The position numbers and the translations under genes are program-made. The notes under the pieces are model-generated. The model was not told where the DNA came from and ran no database searches. It saw only the letters and a program-made list of their open reading frames with translations. Below, in pieces: positions 54,676-64,000 of a DNA stretch of 64,000 nucleotides (position 1 is its first letter; every line of letters begins with the position of its first letter). Origin of the DNA: Patescibacteria group bacterium (GTDB lineage: Bacteria; Patescibacteriota; Minisyncoccia; UBA6257; GWB1-50-10); NCBI GenBank assembly GCA_024239035.1, contig JANBVK010000001.1, positions 171,010 through 235,009 of the forward strand. The letters are read 5' to 3'.

Positions 54676-57030
54676 CTAACCTCTTAGTCTTTTATAAATT
54701 TCTTCTTCAACTTCTTTGCGGTTCCGACCATATTTCTCTCGCGAGATTGCTTTTATCTCATCTGCAACCTCTCTATTGCCTGCATGGGCTGGGATAGTTT
54801 TAATATTAAAAGGCTTAGTTGTTTCCCCTCGTATTAAAAGTTTAACATAAGCGTTGAAATTATCTATGTTGACAAGATCTTGCTCTCCGAAAACCGGTTT
54901 AAATTGTTTAACTAAAAACTCAGCATCCAGTTCACCCACTCTAAAAGCGATTGTTGAACCCACGTTACCGAATACGGCATCTCTAATTTCTTCACTAAGC
55001 TGGCCGATAAATTGGTGGGCAATGGTTAAGTTTAGGCGATACTTCCTGGCCTCAGAGAGAATAACGGCAATGGAATCGGTAGTAAAATTCTGAAATTCAT
55101 CAATATAAAGGTTAAAATCACGCCTCTCGTCCTGAGGCATGTCAACGCGTCCCAGAGCAGCCATAAGAAGCTTACCCACAATAATCATCCCCAAAAGATT
55201 AGCATTAATATCTCCAATTTTCCCTTTAGAAAGATTAACTAATAAAATTTTTCCCTCGTCCATCACAGAACGGAAATTAAAAGCAGATTTAGTCTGACTA
55301 ATAATAACCCGCATATAGTCATTGGCCGTGAAATTATTGAACTTAGAAGTAATGTAGGGAGTCATATTTGCCAATGATGCTTCCCCTCCAGCTTTTACCG
55401 CTTCTTTCTTCCAAAAATCAATAACGGCGGGATTATTAATGCGTTCCAATTTACGCTCCCTAAAATCGGCGTCGGTGAATACCCGCGACACCTCCATTAG
55501 AGTAGCGGGTTCTTCTGTAGAATCTTCCATTAAAAGCAAAAGCGCATTCCTCATATATTGTTCAAACATAGGTCCCATTGTTTCAGCGGCAAAAAGTTTG
55601 TTAAACATGTTCTGCATCTCATTTACAATAAATGTCTTCTCTTCCGGCCGTTTGAGGTCGTATTCGATTATATTCAAACCTGATGGCCTATCAATATCTC
55701 CCGGATTAAATACAATCACGTCCTTAAAACGCTTCTTCGGAATTAAACTCAAAATATCTTCCGTAAAGTCCCCGTGAGGATCGAGTACCGCTACTCCTTT
55801 GTCGTTACTAACGTCATCAATTACCATGTTAGTTAGCAAGTTAGATTTCCCGGTTCCGGTCTGGCCGACAATATAGATATGGCGCCGACGATCCTCATTG
55901 CCGACACGTATCTTTTTTACTTCACCGCGATAAACGCTCTCGCCGATCAAAACACCTTTCTCCGGCAAATTAGAAGGAGGTGGCGCTTCTTTAGATTTTA
56001 ACTCTTTAATCTTCGGAATATCTGTAAAAGGCGTCGGAAAGTGAAATATACTCGCAAGCTCTTCGCTGTTTAAAACCATTGCTTGTTTGCTGTTAAATTC
56101 ACGAAAAGAAAACCGGTGAACCAAATTCTTAACATTCCTGGATCGTACAAGTTTAAATCCGTTGCGCTCCGGCGCGCTGAACTGAGAAAAACCAGCCGCA
56201 ATGCTACCCAGAATACTATCTGCTTGACTCTGGCTTGGCGCTGAAGAAACCACACGCACGTTAACTTCAAAAAAAGGTTTTGATAATTTCAGCTCTAGTG
56301 CTTTAACGGCTTGCTCATCAACCAGTTTTTCATAACCTTCCTCTTCTTTTTTAGGTTTAGGTGAGATTGCTGCGGTAACATCAGATAAAGAAACTGATAA
56401 AGGATGACGTAGGACATAATCCAGTCTATTTCCTTTCTTTAGAAATCTTAAAGCTACTTGGGTTTCTTTTTTATAGGCGCGGGTGGCCGGGCGAACAATA
56501 AATTGAAGAGCCGCTCCTTCTCCTAGTTCGTTAATTTTTGTAAAACCTCCTAAAAGTGGCGAGAAAGTGTCTGCGTCAAACTCTTGATACGTCCGAATGG
56601 GTAAAACAAAACGTTTTTTAAGGTCTAACCAAGCGCCTAACGTTACGCCCGAATAATTAAAGATATTATAGTCCTCTACTGCTCTCACTTCAGCGTCATT
56701 CCAGAGAGATTGGACTTGACGAACAAATGATTCACTAAGAGAACTCTGAACAGCAATAAAAAAATGAATTTCCTCACCTATGTAAGGAACTGCTACCTCA
56801 AATACGAATGGTTTTTTGAAAGCGGCGAGAGCACTGAAAAGCTGTTCGGTAACGTTAATTTCTTGCTTTAAATCTTTTCCTTCTTTACTTACCCACGGCA
56901 TTCGAACTAAAAACAGTTTTAGTTGTAATGTCTCCAGGATTCTCTTTTTACGAATTATCCGTCCTACAAAGTAAAAAACAACGCCGAACCCGAGCACTAT
57001 CAAGACAATTATGAGAACAGAAAGGGGCAT
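54676..57030 (-). CDS. TraD/VirD4/TraG-like ATPase with a fused N-terminal membrane domain
   Basis: 784 aa. The N-terminal TM and about 350-aa domain are homologous to 23246..24652. The C-terminal ATPase (IVGQTGTGKSNLL, LDPHGDF, NLYIDEFQNF, ARKYRLNLTIAHQFIGQL) is homologous to 21209..22702. Confidence 0.75.
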   Translation of the reverse strand: MPLSVLIIVLIVLGFGVVFYFVGRIIRKKRILETLQLKLFLVRMPWVSKEGKDLKQEINVTEQLFSALAAFKKPFVFEVAVPYIGEEIHFFIAVQSSLSESFVRQVQSLWNDAEVRAVEDYNIFNYSGVTLGAWLDLKKRFVLPIRTYQEFDADTFSPLLGGFTKINELGEGAALQFIVRPATRAYKKETQVALRFLKKGNRLDYVLRHPLSVSLSDVTAAISPKPKKEEEGYEKLVDEQAVKALELKLSKPFFEVNVRVVSSAPSQSQADSILGSIAAGFSQFSAPERNGFKLVRSRNVKNLVHRFSFREFNSKQAMVLNSEELASIFHFPTPFTDIPKIKELKSKEAPPPSNLPEKGVLIGESVYRGEVKKIRVGNEDRRRHIYIVGQTGTGKSNLLTNMVIDDVSNDKGVAVLDPHGDFTEDILSLIPKKRFKDVIVFNPGDIDRPSGLNIIEYDLKRPEEKTFIVNEMQNMFNKLFAAETMGPMFEQYMRNALLLLMEDSTEEPATLMEVSRVFTDADFRERKLERINNPAVIDFWKKEAVKAGGEASLANMTPYITSKFNNFTANDYMRVIISQTKSAFNFRSVMDEGKILLVNLSKGKIGDINANLLGMIIVGKLLMAALGRVDMPQDERRDFNLYIDEFQNFTTDSIAVILSEARKYRLNLTIAHQFIGQLSEEIRDAVFGNVGSTIAFRVGELDAEFLVKQFKPVFGEQDLVNIDNFNAYVKLLIRGETTKPFNIKTIPAHAGNREVADEIKAISREKYGRNRKEVEEEIYKRLRG

Positions 57031-57050
57031 GTGAAAATCTCTGCGAAACT

Positions 57051-57470
57051 CTATTTGAGTATTCCTTTCTTCTTTAGCTCCGGTAATAATTTATCTACCA
57101 GAGCATCATGAAATGCGTCTTCAATAAAGGGTGAATGCTTGCTAGCCTCTTTAAGAGCCTTCTCGAGGCCTTTGTGGAAGACCAAATCCACCAAGCGCTC
57201 AACCTCGAGTTTAACCCGACTATCTACGCCTTCACCTTGGAGATATGTTGGTAGTAACTCGCTTTCACCGGCCGAAGGAACGTCCTCGGGTGGCGTACCA
57301 CCGTTATCTTTAGTGGTCACTGAGCTAGAGAAGGACTTAATGGATCGCTTAACCAGTTCCCGTTCTGGAAGTGCTTTAGTCTCAGAGTGCTGTCTCTCTG
57401 TTTCAATTTGCTGCCCAAGTCTCTCTAAACTTCTCTCAAGCTCTTCGTGAAAATTTCTGACTTTAACCAT
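57051..57470 (-). CDS. Hypothetical charged/helical protein
   Basis: The ORF-track start at 57536 is a GTG inside a hairpin. The ATG at 57470 (MVKVRNFHEE...) is the more likely start. Confidence 0.45.
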   Translation of the reverse strand: MVKVRNFHEELERSLERLGQQIETERQHSETKALPERELVKRSIKSFSSSVTTKDNGGTPPEDVPSAGESELLPTYLQGEGVDSRVKLEVERLVDLVFHKGLEKALKEASKHSPFIEDAFHDALVDKLLPELKKKGILK

Positions 57471-57520
57471 GCTAATGTTGTCTAAATTTAAGAGTTTTGT
57501 AAATAAATTTACACCCGCCC

Positions 57521-57551
57521 GCCTTGACTTCGCCACGTCAAGTTCATTTTT
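57521..57551 (+). other. Stem-loop (cttgac-ttcgccac-gtcaag) followed by TTCATTTTTTT on the plus strand, within a divergent intergenic region
   Basis: Read from the sequence. It is terminator-like, yet no plus-strand gene lies upstream. The segment gacttcgcc is complementary to ggcgaagtc at 57606..57614. Confidence 0.35.
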
Positions 57552-57672
57552 TTGACTGACGGGAACGTTAATAAGATATAACCATTAATTTTCATTTTCA
57601 GTCAAGGCGAAGTCGGGCGTGGTCGCCTCTGGCTCGAAAATTTAAACAAAACTCTTTATAATTATAGAGTAA

Positions 57673-59169
57673 ATGAGCCCCCATTGGAAAATAACAACTC
57701 TTGTCTTCATAATTTTTCTCGCTTTATTTTTCAGGTTGTTTGACCTAAAAAACACTCCGCCTGGTCTTTATCCCGACGAAGCGATGAACGGGAACAACGC
57801 TGTGGAAGCACTCGAGGAGACTTCGCCAACCGGCGGATTCAAGGTATTCTATCCTGAAAACAACGGCCGCGAAGGACTCTTTATGAACATCCAGGCCGGC
57901 TTTTTGAGTCTTACAAAACTTATAAGTCCCGGGGGCCTCATTAATGAGCCGTGGGCTCTAAGACTGCCAAGCGCACTTTTCGGAATACTTACGGTACTGG
58001 GAGTATTCTTTTTAACCAAAGAATTATTTGGAAATTATGAAATTGCTCTCCTTGCCTCCTTTCTAATTGCGATCTCATTCTGGCATATTAATTTCTCCCG
58101 CATTGGTTTTCGTGCCATTATGGCACCGGCGTTTCTCACATGGGCACTATATTTTCTGCTGCTCTCTCTCCGAAAAAACAGCAAGTGGTTTCTGCCAGCT
58201 CTTGGAGGACTAATCTACGGCCTTGGTATGCATTCCTACATCGCCTATCGGGCCACACCGCTTTTAATAGTCCTCGGGTTTTGGTTTTTAACTTTTAGGT
58301 ATGGCTGGAAAAGTGTTTTGAGAATAGGGGCGATATTTACTTTGGCTGCAATAATTGTCTTTCTGCCTCTTGGATTTTACTTCTTGGATAATCCTCAAGA
58401 TTTCTTCGGCAGAACAAGTCAAATTTCAATCTTCAGTTCCGCCACGCTTTTTAAAGATTTGAGTATCAACGTTCTAAAAACTGCCGGGATGTTTAATATA
58501 AGCGGCGACTGGAACTGGCGGCACAATATTGCCGGCCAACCGCTGCTCTTCTGGCCGGTAGGAATATTGTTTTTGGTCGGTGTGCTCTTCGGGTTACGAG
58601 CGGTGTTTAGGAAGGTGTCCCGCAGCGTTCCTCGAGAACAATACTTGCAATCCTATATATTGCTTTTTTCGTGGCTCATTGTTGCTGCTCTCCCGGTAGT
58701 TATCTCCAACGAAGGTCTCCCCCACGCTCTCCGCGCCATTATAATGATTCCTCCGGTTTTTATCCTCGCCGCAATCGGCGGACGCGAGGTATACAACTGG
58801 TTATCAAAAAAAATATCAAAACGAATCCTACTCAACACTACCTACACACTGCTTGCCCTACTCATCATCGAAGCCTACGTCAGCTATTTCATAATTTGGG
58901 GAAGAAACCCCGAAGTTGCCGGATCATTTAACCAAAACTATGTTGAAATTGGACGTGAATTAAACAACCTGCCTCAAGAATTACCAAAATATGTCTTAGT
59001 TGAAGCAAGAGGTACTGATGTCCGGGGGATTCCTATGCCCACCCAAACTGTAATGTTTATCACCGACACCTTCTCGCTGGAAAAACAACAAGAGAAAAAT
59101 ATTCATTACGTGCTACCTTCTGACGTTGCTACTATCCCTCCGGGAAGCTTCGTTGTAACGCTTAATTAA
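57673..59169 (+). CDS. GT39/ArnT-like polytopic glycosyltransferase
   Basis: 498 aa with about 11 TMs and an N-terminal LYPDEAMNGNNA loop motif of the ArnT/PMT type. This is the only plus-strand gene in the window. Confidence 0.55.
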   Translation: MSPHWKITTLVFIIFLALFFRLFDLKNTPPGLYPDEAMNGNNAVEALEETSPTGGFKVFYPENNGREGLFMNIQAGFLSLTKLISPGGLINEPWALRLPSALFGILTVLGVFFLTKELFGNYEIALLASFLIAISFWHINFSRIGFRAIMAPAFLTWALYFLLLSLRKNSKWFLPALGGLIYGLGMHSYIAYRATPLLIVLGFWFLTFRYGWKSVLRIGAIFTLAAIIVFLPLGFYFLDNPQDFFGRTSQISIFSSATLFKDLSINVLKTAGMFNISGDWNWRHNIAGQPLLFWPVGILFLVGVLFGLRAVFRKVSRSVPREQYLQSYILLFSWLIVAALPVVISNEGLPHALRAIIMIPPVFILAAIGGREVYNWLSKKISKRILLNTTYTLLALLIIEAYVSYFIIWGRNPEVAGSFNQNYVEIGRELNNLPQELPKYVLVEARGTDVRGIPMPTQTVMFITDTFSLEKQQEKNIHYVLPSDVATIPPGSFVVTLN

Positions 59170-59182
59170 TGTGATTGTCAGA

Positions 59183-59217
59183 TTCTATAAATATTAGAGT
59201 CCTTCAATTTTTATAGA
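59183..59217. terminator. Inverted repeat (ttctataaa ... tttatagaa) between the convergent GT39 and pilin genes; candidate bidirectional terminator
   Basis: 9-bp arms with an 17-nt loop. The right arm overlaps the last codons of the pilin gene. Confidence 0.35.
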
Positions 59218-60513
59218 ACCTACGGGATTACTTACGCCCGTCGCGCTTGAGTACTTACTACCCGGATTAGTAAGCGGCCCTTCTTCTCCCGATCCGCCGG
59301 ACCAGTCGGTTTGGTTAAAAACTCTATTACTCCAACGAGTAATGTAATCAACTATTTTAACCTGACCCACTGCGCTTCCTGCTCCTGGCCATTCAACGTA
59401 TGTGGTAATTTTCTGGGTTGAAGGATCATCGTCGCCACCCGATGCGACGATATTCCCACTGCTGTCCCGGTTCACATTTTCCAGGTTTAAGTATCTTGTA
59501 AAAACCGTACTGCCATAGAGCCGGTTTATCTCATCAGCTGAAAGGGCACGGTTGTAAACACGAACGTCGTCAATGAGGCCTTGCCACATATCGACGGAAA
59601 AATCACTTCTACCAACTCTAAAATTATTACTGTCGTCAAAAGACCCATCCACCGTCCCCGAACCATCAGTTACACCGTTCAAATACACCATCATCGTAGT
59701 ACCAGACCTCACTGCAGCAACATAGTACCACTGATTCAAACCCAGAGAAGTATTCCCGATCGTATCGTTTTGTGGGGTTAATCTGTCTCTAAATATAAGT
59801 CTCCCAGGATTGGCAGCATTAATTCCAAATCTCCAACCAGTTGTATCAACTGCACTATTGTCTTTTGCTAAAATCCAAGCCCAACCACTCACGTTAGCGC
59901 TATAAACCCACGCTGACAAAGTAAAATCATTGCTGCCGAAATCAAGCACACCGCTTGATGGATCACCTACATCAACTCCATCATTAACCCCGTCAAAATC
60001 CAAACAGTGGCTCACCTGACATGTTGACGTCGCTCTCGATGTGCCGCCGACAAGTGTCCCATTATTGCTATTACCTGAGGCATCATACGTAGTGGTACTC
60101 GCCGTACTCGTCGCCTCATCAAATTTCCAATGCCCGACCAACCCACTTGAAATATCATCACCCAAAACTCCTTCCTTCCCCTCTAGAATAATCAGTTCTG
60201 TACCGGAAGCATTTATAAAATACGCCGTACTCGTCCCTTTGGTTAGTCCGTAAACGTTCTGCCAATCAGCAGAAGAAACCGAACGTGCCCTTTCAACTAG
60301 ATCCCGCGTGAGTCCTGAGGCGCTCTGCAATTTCTGGTTCGCGGTGCTTGAGCGAAGAACAAAAGCAATGCTTAAACTTGCAGTACCAATCAAAATCGCA
60401 CCGATAGCAAGAGCAATCATAATTTCTATGAGTGATTGACCGGCTTGACCCTTGGCTGATAACCAATGACTAATGACTGTTCTCTTTTGTTGTTGTGTTT
60501 TGTTATTTGTCAT
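59194..60513 (-). CDS. Type IV pilin-like protein with a C-terminal LamG (concanavalin-like) domain
   Basis: 439 aa. Prepilin-type N-terminus GQSLIEIMIALAIGAILIG, and a LamG_3-like block GLVGHWKFDEATSTAS...YDASGNSNNGTLVGG...FTLSAWVY. Confidence 0.6.
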   Translation of the reverse strand: MTNNKTQQQKRTVISHWLSAKGQAGQSLIEIMIALAIGAILIGTASLSIAFVLRSSTANQKLQSASGLTRDLVERARSVSSADWQNVYGLTKGTSTAYFINASGTELIILEGKEGVLGDDISSGLVGHWKFDEATSTASTTTYDASGNSNNGTLVGGTSRATSTCQVSHCLDFDGVNDGVDVGDPSSGVLDFGSNDFTLSAWVYSANVSGWAWILAKDNSAVDTTGWRFGINAANPGRLIFRDRLTPQNDTIGNTSLGLNQWYYVAAVRSGTTMMVYLNGVTDGSGTVDGSFDDSNNFRVGRSDFSVDMWQGLIDDVRVYNRALSADEINRLYGSTVFTRYLNLENVNRDSSGNIVASGGDDDPSTQKITTYVEWPGAGSAVGQVKIVDYITRWSNRVFNQTDWSGGSGEEGPLTNPGSKYSSATGVSNPVGSIKIEGL

Positions 60514-60530
60514 AAATTATCAGTCATTTG

Positions 60531-61631
60531 TTATTTTAAATCGTTGTAATGATTTAAAATCTCCTCCGCGCTAAGCGCACGATTGTAGATACGGACTTCA
60601 TCAATGCGACCGTTAAAATTCTCTGTAGCTCCTTCGCCACCAATACGTGGAGTAAATACAGAAAACGACCCACTTTTCGTTGAAGATGCCACCGCGCTGC
60701 CATCAACGTACAAGACAGCAATCGAACTATCATACGTTCCCACCACATAATGCCATGCTCCATTGATATTCGTGGTGTACGTTATCGGGTTAAAAGGATC
60801 GTTACATTGTCCACCAAAAGCAAGGTTATTATTGGAAAACCCGAACAAAACGTTTCCACAACCGCCCACCACAATGTCATCCCAATCAGAAGTTGAATTA
60901 TGGAAAACCCACGCCGAAACAGTCACAGCATCCGCATAAGGTTGAGAAGCGCCTAATTGAATATAATCATTCACCCCATCAAAACTCAAACACTCCCCAG
61001 CTTTACAATTTGAACTTGTCTGCCATGTCGGACCATTGGTTAATGTACCGGTGTTACCAAAACCCGAAGAATCATAGGATTTAGTACTCGTCGCCTCATC
61101 AAAATGCCAGTAACCGACGACACCAGTCTCCAATCTGGTCGTAATTTTACCTTGGGGGAGCATAGTAACGTCTCCCACTAAGTTATCCCGTCTCTGGCTA
61201 ACAAGGGAGATAATTCTCGTCTCCCCAAGTTTTCCGCTTATGGGATTGAAAATCGCATCCACATTTAATCCGTCACTGGGATTACCAAACGCAACACCAC
61301 GCTTTAAGGGATATAAACTATTCACCGTGCCTGAGGCATAACTCACCCCGCTAAAAACCTCATATGAATGAATAGTGCTTGTTGAGTTTATAAAACGCAG
61401 ACCCCACCGTTTACCGTCTTGTTCTGTAATTGAACGTCTCTGGACGTCTTTTATTACCGCTGCCAACTCGCTCATGGTAAGCCTAACATTCTGGCTGCCT
61501 TTATAACTTGTGAATGCAAAAAAACCGACCGTTGAGACGGTTACAAGCACAGCAATAGCGATAAGAATTTCAATTAACGTAAATGCCGATTTCTTATAAA
61601 TTTTAGAACGAAGTGATGAAAATTTATCCAT
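60531..61631 (-). CDS. Type IV pilin-like protein with a C-terminal LamG domain (paralog of the previous gene)
   Basis: 366 aa. Class III signal KSAFTLIEILIAIAVLV, and LamG block GVVGYWHFDEATSTKSYDSSGFGNTGTL...VTVSAWVF. Confidence 0.65.
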   Translation of the reverse strand: MDKFSSLRSKIYKKSAFTLIEILIAIAVLVTVSTVGFFAFTSYKGSQNVRLTMSELAAVIKDVQRRSITEQDGKRWGLRFINSTSTIHSYEVFSGVSYASGTVNSLYPLKRGVAFGNPSDGLNVDAIFNPISGKLGETRIISLVSQRRDNLVGDVTMLPQGKITTRLETGVVGYWHFDEATSTKSYDSSGFGNTGTLTNGPTWQTSSNCKAGECLSFDGVNDYIQLGASQPYADAVTVSAWVFHNSTSDWDDIVVGGCGNVLFGFSNNNLAFGGQCNDPFNPITYTTNINGAWHYVVGTYDSSIAVLYVDGSAVASSTKSGSFSVFTPRIGGEGATENFNGRIDEVRIYNRALSAEEILNHYNDLK

Positions 61632-61660
61632 AAAAATCGAGCACCTCCCCTCCTTTCTCT

Positions 61661-62872
61661 TTAAAACTGCGTAGTCAACTGATAAATCGGGACAATAATG
61701 GCAAGCGCAATCAGACCAATCACAAGACCAATAAAGAGAAGGAGGGCCGGCTCCAAAAATGAAACCAATGTCTTTAAGGAACTGTCAATTTCGCTGGTGT
61801 AAAAGTCAGCGAGCGTGCCCAAAACTTCTTCAATATGACCCGCTTTTTCAGATATCGCCATTAAATTTACTATTGTCCTTGGGAAAAACGGCTCTTTCTT
61901 AAAAGCCTGACCCACAGTTAAACCTTTCAATAATCCCTCGCGAGAAATTCTAAGCAGGGCCCGCCTAAGCTCAACATGACCCACTGTCTCAGCAGTAATC
62001 TCAAGAGCATCTGTTAAAGGCATTCCTGCTCTAATTAAAGAGGAGAGAGTTGCAGCAAAACGCTGAAGAGCGATCTTATTAACAATGTCTTTAATAAGAG
62101 GGATTTCACTAACAATAGTAGAAATAAATCTTTTAAATAGAAGAGAGGAACGATATGCAATAAATAAAGCAATTGCTCCTACTATGGCGGCGACAAGAAT
62201 AAGGATGCCGAACTTTCCAAAAAATAATCCAACACCGAAAACAATTCTAGAAAAGAGAGGTGGTTCGAAACCCGATTCTAAAAATACGCCGGCAATCCTT
62301 GGCAAAGCGAAAGTAACCAAAAAAATCAAAATCAAAACCGAGGTAGCCAAAAGAAGAATAGGATAAACAAGTGCGCTCCGCACTTGATCTTTAAGCTTTT
62401 TCTCCTTACTCAATGAACCCGTAAGATTATCAAAAATCTTCTCTAAATTACCCGATGTCTCCCCTGCTTTAACCAAATTAATATATACCTGGCTGAAAAC
62501 CTTGGGATGACGGGCAAATGTTAAGTAAAAAGGCAGTCCTTTCTCAAGATTAGAACGAATCTCTATTAAAAATGACCGGAGAGAGGCTTTCTGGAAATCC
62601 TCAATCAAAATATTAATCGCCTGGAGAAGACTGGTGCCGATCTTCAGCATTAAAGTCAAATATTTAGAAAGGAAAATCTGATCGGTTAAATTTATCCGAC
62701 CTCCAAATAATGTGGAGAAACGTTTTTTAACATCCTTTTTTAAGGGTTTAACGCTTACTGGTTTTAAATTACGCGAAGTTAAGAAACTTAAAACCTCAGC
62801 CACGTCTTTGGCGTCCATCTCACCCTCAACAACTTTACCATCCGTTTGTGAAGCTATGTATTTAAACTGCAT
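61661..62872 (-). CDS. pilC: Type IV pilus assembly / type II secretion platform protein (GspF/PilC family)
   Basis: 403 aa with two GspF-type repeats (LLKIGTSLLQAINIL..., LSSLIRAGMPLTDAL...) and three TMs. Confidence 0.8.
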   Translation of the reverse strand: MQFKYIASQTDGKVVEGEMDAKDVAEVLSFLTSRNLKPVSVKPLKKDVKKRFSTLFGGRINLTDQIFLSKYLTLMLKIGTSLLQAINILIEDFQKASLRSFLIEIRSNLEKGLPFYLTFARHPKVFSQVYINLVKAGETSGNLEKIFDNLTGSLSKEKKLKDQVRSALVYPILLLATSVLILIFLVTFALPRIAGVFLESGFEPPLFSRIVFGVGLFFGKFGILILVAAIVGAIALFIAYRSSLLFKRFISTIVSEIPLIKDIVNKIALQRFAATLSSLIRAGMPLTDALEITAETVGHVELRRALLRISREGLLKGLTVGQAFKKEPFFPRTIVNLMAISEKAGHIEEVLGTLADFYTSEIDSSLKTLVSFLEPALLLFIGLVIGLIALAIIVPIYQLTTQF

Positions 62873-62886
62873 ACCTAAACGTTATT

Positions 62887-64000
62887 TTACTCTCTTATCA
62901 CTCTAAACAGTTCTTCAACCGTTGTTAACCCCAGCTCGACCTTTTTTAAGCCGTCTTCAAACAAAGTTATCATCCCCTCTTGATGGGCAATTTTTTTTAA
63001 ACTATCCAAATTAAATGCCGGGTCAATAATAAGTTTCCGAATCGGCTCAGTTACATTCAAAACCTCATAAATACCCGTTCTTCCCGAATAGCCAGTGTAA
63101 TTATCAGCCGCACAGCCCTTACCCCGATAAAAGGTTTTAGGTAATTTAAAGGTTTCAGTGTTCACGCCTATCTCATTTAGCGTCTTCTTAATCGTGGAGA
63201 GTACACCCTGATCAGGAACATAAGATTCAATACAATCTAGATGGATCCGACGGGCCAAACGCTGGGAACTTACTGCATTCAAAACAGCGGCCACTAGAAA
63301 GGGTGGTATACCCATATCAATCAAACGAGGAATGGCCGTCGGTGCATCATTGGTGTGCAAACTCGATAACACTAAGTGACCCGTGAGCGCCGACTGCACT
63401 GCAATATCAGCAGTTTCTTTGTCGCGAATTTCCCCAATCATAATAATATTAGGGTCCTGCCTTAGAATTGAACGAAGACCCGTTTCAAATGTGATGCCGG
63501 CCGTTGCATTAACCTGCACTTGATTAACATAACGCATGTCATATTCAATTGGGTCCTCTATTGTAACAATATTGACCTCGGGACGATTCAAAATATTCAT
63601 AATTGAGTAAAGAGTGGTGGTTTTACCAGAGCCGGTAGGACCGCAAGCTAATACCATTCCATAACTTTTCTTAATTGCTTCCTGAATAACTTTAACCGTC
63701 CCCTCGAACATACCCAATTCAGCTAAAGAAAGTGGCTTTTGAGCGGCTGAAAGAAGTCTTAACTCTATTTTCTCGCCATAAAAAGTCGGGATTATCGAAA
63801 CCCTAATGTCAACAATGTCATCCCCAATTTTATAACGGAACCTGCCGTCTTGAGGATGGGTATGCTCATCAACCCGAAGACGGGATAATATTTTCATTCT
63901 TGCAACCACCGCCGGGTGAATCTCTTTAGGCATCCTGATAACTTCATGTAAAACGCCGTCAACACGATAACGAATTAAAATTCCGTCATCCAAAACCTCA
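62887..64000 (-). CDS. pilB: Type IV pilus assembly ATPase (GspE/PilB family), C-terminal part; the N-terminus lies beyond the window end
   Basis: Walker A GPTGSGKTT, the Asp box, Walker B IIMIGEIRD, the His box and the tetracysteine-like motif region. The in-window M at 63993 lies in mid-domain, so the gene continues past 64000. Confidence 0.8.
   Translation of the reverse strand, partial: EVLDDGILIRYRVDGVLHEVIRMPKEIHPAVVARMKILSRLRVDEHTHPQDGRFRYKIGDDIVDIRVSIIPTFYGEKIELRLLSAAQKPLSLAELGMFEGTVKVIQEAIKKSYGMVLACGPTGSGKTTTLYSIMNILNRPEVNIVTIEDPIEYDMRYVNQVQVNATAGITFETGLRSILRQDPNIIMIGEIRDKETADIAVQSALTGHLVLSSLHTNDAPTAIPRLIDMGIPPFLVAAVLNAVSSQRLARRIHLDCIESYVPDQGVLSTIKKTLNEIGVNTETFKLPKTFYRGKGCAADNYTGYSGRTGIYEVLNVTEPIRKLIIDPAFNLDSLKKIAHQEGMITLFEDGLKKVELGLTTVEELFRVIRE

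Noticed and set aside
1-64000. Searched for a transposase, an integrase, phage genes or rRNA/tRNA genes that might mark the array as a mobile island.
   Set aside because: None was recognised in any frame. The array is flanked by ordinary chromosomal genes with no integrase, so I do not call a mobile element.

Overview
This 64-kb window looks like a segment of a small, AT-rich, streamlined bacterial chromosome. All CDSs except one lie on the minus strand. The gene content (type IV pilus genes, TraD/VirD4-like ATPases, reduced uvrABC) is consistent with a Patescibacteria/CPR-like organism, but that is inference only. Recognisable housekeeping genes are rpoB-rpoC, rpsF-ssb-rpsR, uvrA-uvrB, a short uvrC, secD-secF, tpiA, ftsW/rodA, mltG, an M17 leucyl aminopeptidase, a Ca-type P-type ATPase, an FAD-linked oxidase and a PAP2 phosphatase. 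A cell-envelope and pilus block carries GT2, GtrA-like, GT39/ArnT-like, two LamG-domain pilins, pilC and a partial pilB. The dominant feature is a ~21-kb co-directional array (1..21124) of at least 12 tandemly duplicated, tightly packed paralogs. Each encodes a 550-605 aa cysteine-rich protein with no signal peptide, built from two zinc-ribbon pairs at each end and a CxxC-rich core containing an internal duplication. Several neighbours share overlapping ATGA or TAATG stop/start junctions. I cannot assign this family a name or function. Inside the array there is a coding-sequence VNTR of three perfect 27-bp repeats, and a 36-nt segment identical in three diverged copies. A related ~30-nt motif also sits in-frame in uvrC. 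An N-terminal gene fragment lies between two copies, and one copy has lost much of its Cys scaffold. The array surrounds a pepA gene, and a perfect 32-bp palindrome lies just upstream of the first copy. A second theme is a TraD/VirD4-like ATPase module present twice: fused as a 784-aa protein next to the pilus genes, and split into a membrane protein plus an ATPase at the other locus. The split locus also carries a sigma-70 region-4 HTH protein and a small TM protein with a HEPN-like R-x4-H motif. Several structured, GC-rich intergenic elements are noted. No rRNA, tRNA, CRISPR or transposase genes were recognised.
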